A DNA stretch of 64,000 bases from an uncultured SAR86 cluster bacterium (GTDB taxonomy: Bacteria; Pseudomonadota; Gammaproteobacteria; Magnimaribacterales; D2472), in the NCBI GenBank assembly GCA_964275345.1, contig CAXYBK010000003.1:25058-89057 (forward strand), written 5' to 3'. The position numbers and the translations under genes are program-made. Below are positions 33,382-42,995 of the stretch, piece after piece (the stretch's first letter is position 1; each line of letters begins with the position of its first letter). The notes beneath the pieces were generated by a model. That model saw only the letters and a list, made by a program, of their open reading frames with translations, did no database searches and was not told the DNA's origin.

Positions 33382-34212
33382 ATGATCGTAGCATTTGATT
33401 TTGGTATAACTAATACAGATTTAGTTATAAAGGATCAAGCGATAAAATATTTAAGTGTGCCCTCTCCTTTTGATAAAAAAAATAGGGACTTTAATCTTAC
33501 TGAAAAGCATGTAATAGAAATATTAGAAAGCTTAGATATTAATATTAAAGCGATTGATTCTATAGGGGTTACAGGCGGAAAATCAGCAGATCTACCAGAT
33601 AGTATTTGTGATATACCTATTACTAAAATTAATGAAATTGATGCAATTGGTAAGGGTGCGAGGTCTTTATATAAAATGTCAGAAGATTCTGCGCTTGTGG
33701 TTAGTTCTGGAACTGGAACCGCTTGTGTGCATATTCAGAATACCGTAACAAATCACCTAGGAGGAATATCTGTAGGTGGAGGAATGTTAGAAGGTTTATC
33801 TAATTTATTAGTCAATAATCCTCATGGTACAGAAATTAATACCCTTGCAATTAAGGGAGATAGAGAGAGTCTTGATGTAATGATAGGTGAAGCTGTTAAT
33901 GAAATTGGAAATCTTAATGCAGAAATAACAGCTGCAAACTTTGCAAAAGCTAGAAATGAGTCTGTTGATTCAATCGAAGATATCTCTGCATCTTTATGTA
34001 ATATGGTTGGTGAGGTTATTGGAACAGTTGCCTACCTCAATGCATTGCTTGTTGGTTCTAACAAAGCTTATTTTTTAGGAAGAACAAGTATGCTGAGTGA
34101 AGTTAAAAAAGGTATTGATGCTAGATTAGCTTTGGCAGGTATTGAGGGCATTTATCATGAAAATAGAGGATTTGGAAATGCTATAGGTGTTTTAGAAACT
34201 ATAGATGTTTAG
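33382..34212 (+). CDS. coaW: type II pantothenate kinase (CoaW/fumble-like, ASKHA fold)
   Basis: 276 aa. FDFGITNTD, VTGGKS, VSSGTGTA, LGGISVGGGMLEGLSNLL and EITAANFAK are collinear with staphylococcal type II PanK. Confidence 0.6.
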   Translation: MIVAFDFGITNTDLVIKDQAIKYLSVPSPFDKKNRDFNLTEKHVIEILESLDINIKAIDSIGVTGGKSADLPDSICDIPITKINEIDAIGKGARSLYKMSEDSALVVSSGTGTACVHIQNTVTNHLGGISVGGGMLEGLSNLLVNNPHGTEINTLAIKGDRESLDVMIGEAVNEIGNLNAEITAANFAKARNESVDSIEDISASLCNMVGEVIGTVAYLNALLVGSNKAYFLGRTSMLSEVKKGIDARLALAGIEGIYHENRGFGNAIGVLETIDV

Positions 34213-34250
34213 ATGTTTTTTCCTCTATAATATCCGGCAGGAAACTTAAA

Positions 34251-35504
34251 ATGATAATAACTGATAAATCTATAATAATTACACTAGCTGTGCCGGTGTT
34301 TCTTTTGCTGATAGTAATTGAGTATTTGTACGGTTTAAAGGTAGGTAAGAATAATTATAAACTTAGTGATACCTTTACCAGCCTTGGTTTGGGACTGATG
34401 AGCAGATTTCCTCCAATGTTAAATATTGGTCTTCAAGGAGCTGCATTTGTATATGTAGGGTCTTATTTAAATCTTAAGTTACTCCCACTCGATAGTCCTA
34501 TTACATGGATTGTAGGATTTTTATTATATGATCTTTCATATTATTGGATGCATAGAATGCATCATGAAATTAAAATTTTATGGGCTACTCATAGCGTTCA
34601 TCATCATGGAGAAGAATATAATCTCTCAACTGCATTAAGACAAACTAGTACTGGTTGGCTTTGGAAATGGATTTTTTATATACCAATGATAATGGTTGGT
34701 GTTCCAGGAGAGGTATTCGTGACAGTTGCAGGAATTAATCTTGTCTATCAATTTTGGGTACATACGAAACATATTGGCCATCTTGGAATATTAGAAAAAA
34801 TATTTATAACTCCAATGAATCACGGAGTGCATCATGCAAAAAATGCTGAATATATAGATGCTAACTATGGTGGTGTATTTATTATTTGGGATAGAATGTT
34901 TGGAACTTACATTCCTGAAAGGTCTGATATAAAACCAGTTTATGGAACTGTTAAGCCTCTTAATAGTTGGAATCCAATATGGGCAAACTTCCAAGTTTTC
35001 TACCAGATGGTTCAAGATACTATCCATACAAAAAAGCTCAGTGATAAATTTAAAATATGGTATGGGCCAACAAGCTGGCGTCCTGCAGATGTTATCGAGA
35101 ATAATCCAAATCAAGCAACGGTATCACTAACTAAAAAATACAATCCTCCACTGACTAATGAGCAAAAGATATTTGGCGTCTTTCAAATTTTTTCTATTGT
35201 AATTTTAGCGGCCACCGTTATTCTTACAGTAAGCAGTCAAACCTATCAAGAAACTTCAATCTTTGGATTAATATTTGTATTAACTGTTATATTAATATCT
35301 TCGATTCTTCAAAATAAAGAAAATAGCTTTAACATTCAGCTATTTGTTTCCTCTGGCTTGATTCTCCTGATTTTTTCAGGAAGCGCTGTAAGCAGTAGTT
35401 TGCTAGCCTCACAAGTCATAATGGTTCATGCGTTAATAAACGTCTTATACATAGGAATTGGCATCCCTATTCAAAGATATTCATTAAAAGAATCAGTTAA
35501 TTAG
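34251..35504 (+). CDS. fatty acid hydroxylase/sterol desaturase superfamily membrane protein with a C-terminal multi-TM extension
   Basis: 417 aa with histidine boxes HRMHHE, HSVHHH and HGVHHA, followed by ~190 extra residues containing several TM segments. Confidence 0.7.
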   Translation: MIITDKSIIITLAVPVFLLLIVIEYLYGLKVGKNNYKLSDTFTSLGLGLMSRFPPMLNIGLQGAAFVYVGSYLNLKLLPLDSPITWIVGFLLYDLSYYWMHRMHHEIKILWATHSVHHHGEEYNLSTALRQTSTGWLWKWIFYIPMIMVGVPGEVFVTVAGINLVYQFWVHTKHIGHLGILEKIFITPMNHGVHHAKNAEYIDANYGGVFIIWDRMFGTYIPERSDIKPVYGTVKPLNSWNPIWANFQVFYQMVQDTIHTKKLSDKFKIWYGPTSWRPADVIENNPNQATVSLTKKYNPPLTNEQKIFGVFQIFSIVILAATVILTVSSQTYQETSIFGLIFVLTVILISSILQNKENSFNIQLFVSSGLILLIFSGSAVSSSLLASQVIMVHALINVLYIGIGIPIQRYSLKESVN

Positions 35505-36231
35505 AGTTTGTTAATTCTTTTGCCGGGATTCCCGCTACTGTAATTCCTGGTTTCACACTTTTTAAAACCAAGCTTCCTGCAGCAATTGTAGAACCTTCTC
35601 CAATCTCTATATTTCCTAATATTGTGCTTGAAGCATATATAGTGGCTCCTTTTTTGACATCAGGATGTCTTTTACCAGAATCACTGCCTGTTCCGCCGAG
35701 CGTTACTCCTTGGAATATAGAAACCTCAGATTCAATATTGCATGTTTGGCCGATAACAATGCCTGTAGCATGGTCCATCATTACTGCTCCAGCTATATTT
35801 GCTGCGGGGTGAATATCAATACCAAATACCTCAGATGCCCTATTTTGAAAAAATAGCGCCATTGTATGTCTGTCATTTTTCCAAAGGCAATTTGCTGCTC
35901 TATAGGTAGCTAAACCAAGAAAACCTTTGTAAAAAAGTAAAGGAGTGGATAAATAATCACAAGCTGGATCATTATCTTTAAAAAAGGCTAAGTCCTCTTC
36001 TAAGGCTGCCTCTATGTGGTCACATTCTCTGTAAACCTCCAAGATAAATCTCTTAATATCAGTTGCTGAAAGAGCATCTGAATGAAGCTTTGAAGAGAGG
36101 ATTGAAGCTACAGCAGCAAGTAAATCTGTTTGCGATGATATTAAAGAATGCAAAAAGGGCCCAAGACTTGGCTCAGCATCTTCCCTTAGCTTAATTTCTT
36201 TCTTAATTGTTTTCCAAAGCTCTCTATCCAT
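35497..36231 (-). CDS. cysE: serine O-acetyltransferase
   Basis: 244 aa with an N-terminal SATase helical domain and C-terminal hexapeptide repeats (GIDIHPAA..IG..MDHATG..IG). Confidence 0.85.
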   Translation of the reverse strand: MDRELWKTIKKEIKLREDAEPSLGPFLHSLISSQTDLLAAVASILSSKLHSDALSATDIKRFILEVYRECDHIEAALEEDLAFFKDNDPACDYLSTPLLFYKGFLGLATYRAANCLWKNDRHTMALFFQNRASEVFGIDIHPAANIAGAVMMDHATGIVIGQTCNIESEVSIFQGVTLGGTGSDSGKRHPDVKKGATIYASSTILGNIEIGEGSTIAAGSLVLKSVKPGITVAGIPAKELTNSN

Positions 36232-36310
36232 ACAGAAAGATTATAGACTAGATTAAGGGTCACCATTTATATAAAATGGCACTCTTGTTATTTTCTTATA
36301 GGACACCAGC

Positions 36311-38458
36311 ATGAATAAATTTTTTCTTTTTATACTATTACTAACACCAATTAATTATATTTTTGCAGATGAAGGAATGTGGGAACCGTCTCAACTTCCA
36401 AATATTGAAAAAGATATTAGAGCTGCTGGATTTAAGGGTAATATTAAAAAATTTAGCGACTTATTCGAGCACCCTTTAAGCGCCATGGTAAGTCTTGGAG
36501 GTTGTTCAGCTGCATTTATCTCTGATTCGGGTTTAATCGCTACAAACTACCATTGTATTGAAGGTTCATACTTGCAATTTAATGCAAAAAGAATGGAAAT
36601 GGATTTATTTAAAACTGGTTTTCTTGCAAAAAGCATAGAAGAGGAAGCTCCATCTGCACCTGGAGCAAGAGTTTACATTACACAAGAAAGTACCAATGTA
36701 ACAGAAGAAGTTTTAGTGGGCTCTAGTGATGCGAAATCAGAAAATGAAAGATATAAAATTATTCAATCTAATAGAAAAGATCTTATTAAAAATTGTGAAA
36801 CTAGTGAAGAATTTCAATGTGAGGTTAGAAGTTTCTATAGTGGTGAAACCTATCAATTGATCAAAAAAATGATCATAAAGGATGTGAGATTAGTTTATGC
36901 CCCACCTCAGTCTATCGGTGAATACGGTGGAGAAATAGATAATTGGATGTATCCAAGGCACACAGGTGATTTTGCACTACTAAGAGCCTATGTGAGTCCT
37001 AAGAACGAAAGTAAGGAGTATTCTGAGGATAATATTCCCTATCAATCAAAAGACTTTTTAAAAGTATCTAAGAAAGGTGTTCAGGAAGGTGATTTTGTAA
37101 TGATAGCCGGCTATCCGGGAAGAACAAACAGACTTTTAACATATCCAGAAATAAGATTTGATGTTCAGTTTGGATTTGAGAATTATGTTGAGTACTTAAA
37201 GTCAGGGATTGATTTAATGCGTGATCTTACAAAAGATGATGAGCAGAAAGCTTTAAAATATAGAGGTAGTATTAGTGGATTTGAGAATTATTATAAAAAG
37301 ATAAGTGGCCAAATTGAAGGTGCTAAAAACTTTAATTTATTAAAGCAAGAAAAGCAGAACTGGAATAAATTTCTTGAGTTTATTGAAACAAATGGAAGCT
37401 CTATAGAGCAAGATGCACTCGATACACTGTTGGAAATTACCAACGAAGTAAATAGTGAAAGCGTAACTAATTTATATTATGGAGGCTCAACTCTTTTAAG
37501 TACTGCTGCAAGTTTATATAGACATGCATATGAAAAAACTAAACCTAATAATGAAAGAGAGCCTGGTTATCAAGAAAGGGACTATGAGAGATTAGTTAAT
37601 AGAATGCGAAGTATGGAATATAGATTTGATGCTGAAGTTGATAAAGGTATTTTTCTCTTTAGATTGAATCGGTATAGAGAAGTCGATAGCAAAGATAGAC
37701 GAGCAGTATTTAGTTCAGCATTAAGACTAGATGAGTCTTATGAAGATACTACTAATGTTGTGGATGCTATGTATTCATATTCATCTGATTTATTGGATAT
37801 GAATAAGAGAATTGCTTTATTAGATGTATCACTTGAAGAGCTTAATGATTCATCAGACCCATTTATGATGCTTGCAAGAGATATGTTTGATGAAGGAATG
37901 GAACGTGAAAAGAAAAATAAAGCTAGATCTAGTTTGCAACAAAAAAATAAATCTATCTTTATTAAATCACTTAGAAAATTCTATAAATCTCAAGGTAAAG
38001 ATATTTATGCAGATGCAAATGGAACATTAAGGGTTACTTTTGGAAACGTTATGGGGGTTGAGCTTAATGATGGAGTTTACTATAAACCTTTCACCACTCT
38101 TGAGGGGATAGCTCAAAAAAATACTGGGGTTTCACCTTTTGCGGTTGATGTAAAACAACTTAAATTAATTAATGATAAGAACTATGGTAGTTATAAGTTT
38201 GATGCAATTAATAGTGTTCCTGTTAATTACATTTCTAATTTAGATATTACAAATGGTAATTCTGGATCTTCAACAATCAATGCACGAGGTGAATTTGTTG
38301 GATTAGCTTTTGATGGAATGCTAGAAACTATTATTTCTGATTATAAATTTATACCAGAGACAAGAACTATTCATGTAGATTCTAGATATCTTTTATGGAC
38401 ATTAGAGGTCTTCGAAGAGGATACAAGACTTATAAAAGAAATGAAGATTGTTAAATAA
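36311..38458 (+). CDS. S46 family dipeptidyl-peptidase (DPP7/DPP11-like)
   Basis: 715 aa with a signal peptide followed by DEGMW, then TNYHC (His) and GNSGS (Ser) catalytic motifs. Confidence 0.85.
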   Translation: MNKFFLFILLLTPINYIFADEGMWEPSQLPNIEKDIRAAGFKGNIKKFSDLFEHPLSAMVSLGGCSAAFISDSGLIATNYHCIEGSYLQFNAKRMEMDLFKTGFLAKSIEEEAPSAPGARVYITQESTNVTEEVLVGSSDAKSENERYKIIQSNRKDLIKNCETSEEFQCEVRSFYSGETYQLIKKMIIKDVRLVYAPPQSIGEYGGEIDNWMYPRHTGDFALLRAYVSPKNESKEYSEDNIPYQSKDFLKVSKKGVQEGDFVMIAGYPGRTNRLLTYPEIRFDVQFGFENYVEYLKSGIDLMRDLTKDDEQKALKYRGSISGFENYYKKISGQIEGAKNFNLLKQEKQNWNKFLEFIETNGSSIEQDALDTLLEITNEVNSESVTNLYYGGSTLLSTAASLYRHAYEKTKPNNEREPGYQERDYERLVNRMRSMEYRFDAEVDKGIFLFRLNRYREVDSKDRRAVFSSALRLDESYEDTTNVVDAMYSYSSDLLDMNKRIALLDVSLEELNDSSDPFMMLARDMFDEGMEREKKNKARSSLQQKNKSIFIKSLRKFYKSQGKDIYADANGTLRVTFGNVMGVELNDGVYYKPFTTLEGIAQKNTGVSPFAVDVKQLKLINDKNYGSYKFDAINSVPVNYISNLDITNGNSGSSTINARGEFVGLAFDGMLETIISDYKFIPETRTIHVDSRYLLWTLEVFEEDTRLIKEMKIVK

Positions 38459-38464
38459 TTGTAG

Positions 38465-38598
38465 AAAATAAGAAAGGGCTCGAAGATTACATTTTAGAGA
38501 AACTTTGCTTTGATTTCTTATAGGAGATTATCAAAACACACTTTTAAGGTTCTATGTAGATAAGGGAAACTCAACACCTTAAACTATAACCTTCGAGT
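38465..38598 (-). ncRNA. candidate Fur-repressed small RNA (RyhB/PrrF-type functional analogue); ends approximate
   Basis: A promoter with a Fur box lies immediately upstream. There is no convincing ORF. Structure: an 11-bp closing stem (38597-38587 with 38489-38479), two internal hairpins with loops UUUCCCUUAUC and UCUCCU, and a U-rich 3' tail. Confidence 0.45.
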
Positions 38599-38600
38599 GC

Positions 38601-38633
38601 GTAAATGATAATCATTCTCATCTAATATTACAA
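38601..38633 (-). promoter_or_regulatory. sigma70-like promoter TTGTAA-N17-TATCAT overlapped by a Fur box
   Basis: The -35 is at 38633-38628 and the -10 at 38610-38605 (minus strand). The 19-mer gtaaatgataatcattctc (38601-38619) matches GATAATGATAATCATTATC at 16/19 positions. Confidence 0.6.
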
Positions 38634-38637
38634 CCTT

Positions 38638-38669
38638 TTATTCAAAAAAAAGTACTTATTTTTGAATAA
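38638..38669. repeat. 32-nt AT-rich near-perfect palindrome/hairpin just after the katG stop (possible terminator or operator)
   Basis: The sequence ttattcaaaaaaaagtacttatttttgaataa forms 14 bp with one mismatch around a gtac centre. Confidence 0.5.
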
Positions 38670-38682
38670 ATTTAGCTAAATA

Positions 38683-40842
<2,160 letters not shown>

Positions 40843-40917
40843 TTATGAGAAAATATAGATATAAGTGATTTTACAATAAAAAAAAATTATTTTTATGAAA
40901 AATTTATAAAAACTTTA

Positions 40918-40953
40918 TTGCTAATAAATATAAACTAAATGATAATTATTTTA
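40918..40953 (+). promoter_or_regulatory. possible promoter TTGCTA-N17-GATAAT with a weaker Fur-like box, upstream of the small ORF-sodN-sodX operon
   Basis: The 19-mer at 40935-40953 matches the Fur consensus at 13/19, with core AAATGATAAT. An AT-rich background lowers the significance. Confidence 0.3.
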
Positions 40954-40976
40954 CACATAAAAAATAGGAAAATATC

Positions 40977-41165
40977 TTGAAAAAACTAACATCAATAATA
41001 TTTTGCGCTCTCGCATCATTTAATTTAAGTGCTCATGGGGAAGGAATAGTTGGTCTACATATTCATGGTGAGTCTACTTTAGTACTAGGACTAATCTTGG
41101 CTATGTTGATAGTAATGCCAATGTACTTTTCAAAGAAATTGCTATTAATTAAGAAGGAGAAATAA
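40977..41165 (+). CDS. small His-rich membrane protein upstream of sodN
   Basis: 62 aa. The TTG start has AGGA 7 nt upstream. It has a signal-like N-terminus ending LSA, then HGEGIVGLHIHGES, one TM and a basic tail. Its stop lies 1 nt before the sodN ATG. Confidence 0.5.
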   Translation: MKKLTSIIFCALASFNLSAHGEGIVGLHIHGESTLVLGLILAMLIVMPMYFSKKLLLIKKEK

Positions 41166-41166
41166 T

Positions 41167-41628
41167 ATGTTTAAAATTGAAGAAGTAAGTGCTCATTGTG
41201 ATATCCCTTGTGGTGTATACGATCCAGGTGAAGCCCAGTATGCAGTATTAAGTGTTATTAGATTTATTGATTTAATAAATGAAATGCCTGAAGCGGTAAC
41301 TAGTAAAGATGATTTAGCTAAATTCACGCGTTTAGTTCAGCAAAAAGAAGAACATGCTGTAATTGCTAAAAATGCAGTAACAGTAATTTGGGGTGATTAT
41401 TTTAAAGCTCCTCAAATTGAAAAATATCCTGGAGTGCATGAGTTAGTGCATGGGATAATGATGGATGGATCTAAATGTAAACAGGGCCTTCATAGAGAAG
41501 ATGGTCTCAATATGCTCTCTAAAATAAATGATTTTGCAGAAATGTTCTGGGCAACAAAAGAAGTTGAAACAGAAAAGAAAATTTCACCTTATGCTCCAAA
41601 TCTAGAAATAGTAGTACCGGTTTTATAA
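41167..41628 (+). CDS. sodN: nickel superoxide dismutase precursor
   Basis: A short leader MFKIEEVSA is followed by the Ni-hook HCDIPCGVYDP. AGGAG lies 7 nt upstream of the ATG. Confidence 0.9.
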   Translation: MFKIEEVSAHCDIPCGVYDPGEAQYAVLSVIRFIDLINEMPEAVTSKDDLAKFTRLVQQKEEHAVIAKNAVTVIWGDYFKAPQIEKYPGVHELVHGIMMDGSKCKQGLHREDGLNMLSKINDFAEMFWATKEVETEKKISPYAPNLEIVVPVL

Positions 41629-41662
41629 GCTGATTAGAATTTTTAAGGTTGCAGGAATCAGT

Positions 41663-41902
41663 ATGCTTCCTGCTTATGAACCAAATAATTACGTTCTTTG
41701 TATAAAAACAAAAAATATTAAAGTAGATGATGTAATCATTATGCAAACTAATGATCTTGGAAAAGTAGTCAAAAGAGTCAAATCTATATCAGGAGACTCT
41801 TTAAAAATATCAGGTGATAATAAATCTTATCATTCACCTATATATGATATGACGCATAAACTAGATACAGTTATTGGAAGAGTTATATTTAAATTATTTT
41901 AA
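41663..41902 (+). CDS. sodX: Ni-SOD maturation peptidase (S26 signal-peptidase-like); true start probably upstream of 41663
   Basis: It lies directly downstream of sodN and carries S26-like motifs (..GISMLP spanning the annotated ATG, and VKRVKSISGDSL). See the finding on the start codon. Confidence 0.7.
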   Translation: MLPAYEPNNYVLCIKTKNIKVDDVIIMQTNDLGKVVKRVKSISGDSLKISGDNKSYHSPIYDMTHKLDTVIGRVIFKLF

Positions 41903-42304
41903 AAATTTTTTCATCGCTGCGAGAGTTTTTGAGCCTACATGATGCTCAATACCCTCACTGTCTATATCGGCATTAACCTTATCAACACCAAGCTTGATTA
42001 AAAAAGCTAAAACAATTAAATGACGTTCTTTAACTCGTTTAGCAAGTTTAGAGCCTTTAGCTGTAAGTTCTACTGGTTTATAAGGTTTAGAGTACAAAAG
42101 ATCTTCCTCTTGCAGTCGTTTCACTATGCGAGAAACGGTAACATGACTAACATTAAAATATCTTGCTAGATCTAGCACCCTGCACTCACCCTTTTCTTCC
42201 ACCAGTTCCATGACAGCCTCAACATAATCTTCAGCAGTCTCACTAGCATGACGTGAACGGGTCTGTGAAAAAGGAACCGAACGGGCTTTAACTTTTTTTT
42301 CCAC
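41894..42304 (-). CDS. mntR: DtxR/MntR-family metal-dependent transcriptional repressor (no SH3 domain)
   Basis: 136 aa. AEDYVEAVMELVEEKGECRVLDLARYFNVSHVTVSRIVKRL...ERHLIVLAFL...DSEGIEHHV is collinear with E. coli MntR. Confidence 0.7.
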   Translation of the reverse strand: MEKKVKARSVPFSQTRSRHASETAEDYVEAVMELVEEKGECRVLDLARYFNVSHVTVSRIVKRLQEEDLLYSKPYKPVELTAKGSKLAKRVKERHLIVLAFLIKLGVDKVNADIDSEGIEHHVGSKTLAAMKKFLK

Positions 42305-42346
42305 TAGACACCTTCCTTTTAAAATTCACTTTATAAAATTATACCC

Positions 42347-42375
42347 TTGACATGATCCGTAGCCATTGCTACATT
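42347..42375 (+). promoter_or_regulatory. putative promoter TTGACA-N17-TACATT containing the palindrome GTAGC-N4-GCTAC (candidate MntR operator)
   Basis: The -35 is at 42347-42352 and the -10 at 42370-42375. The palindrome at 42359-42372 spans the spacer and the first 3 nt of the -10 hexamer. Confidence 0.4.
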
Positions 42376-42867
42376 TACATCGTGAAAGATTACTTAAAAT
42401 ATGATGATATAAAAATTTTTAAATACGAAAATCTTTATTTATCAATAATTTATACTATTGGGCATATATTTGTTGCCATGGCTTGCAACAGAATAATTAC
42501 TGGAGCATCTCTTGAAATGGCTGCAGCTGATGCCTTTGTAGAACCTATCATTAACGGATTTTGGTTCTATTTTCTTTTAGTTTATCTAAAAAAAATATTT
42601 GTTAACAAAATTGAATCAAGTAATTCGCCTTTTATAAGTGTTAATCATGTTGGCTTTTTATTAGCATTTCTCTATACGATTGGTCATATTCTTATTGCTA
42701 TGACTTGTAATAGATTGCTGACAGGTGCACCTTTAAATCTAGCAGTTATTGATGCATTTATAGAGCCTATAGTAAATGGTTTTTGGTTTTATCTACTGTT
42801 TGAATTTTTTAACAAGTATAAGAAGAAGAGAATATCAAGCGGCATGGCCGTTTACAGTAACTCTTAA
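42352..42867 (+). CDS. membrane protein made of two tandem DUF2061-like 2-TM units; start uncertain
   Basis: There is an internal duplication: YTIGHIFVAMACNRIITGASLEMAAADAFVEPIINGFWFYFL and YTIGHILIAMTCNRLLTGAPLNLAVIDAFIEPIVNGFWFYLL. An in-frame GTG at 42382 is an alternative start. Confidence 0.55.
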   Translation: MIRSHCYIYIVKDYLKYDDIKIFKYENLYLSIIYTIGHIFVAMACNRIITGASLEMAAADAFVEPIINGFWFYFLLVYLKKIFVNKIESSNSPFISVNHVGFLLAFLYTIGHILIAMTCNRLLTGAPLNLAVIDAFIEPIVNGFWFYLLFEFFNKYKKKRISSGMAVYSNS

Positions 42868-42995
42868 TCAAGCAGAGTTTTTAGACTCGTACCAAAAAAT
42901 AACATCAATTATTACGAAGTATTGTTTGTCATATGCTTCCAAAGATAACGAAGCCCAAAAATTGCTGGCCTGAAAGAATTGCCTGGACTATAAAT

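Noticed and set aside
38522-38580. Possible 19-codon GTG-initiated peptide (VLSFPYLHRTLKVCFDNLL) inside the sRNA candidate.
   Set aside because: It is very short, the start lies inside a predicted stem, and there is no support beyond an AAGG just upstream. I kept the non-coding interpretation but cannot exclude a dual-function RNA.
42776-42973. 65-aa ORF overlapping the end of the DUF2061-like gene.
   Set aside because: It is out of frame with and overlaps a better-supported gene. It has no RBS or motif.
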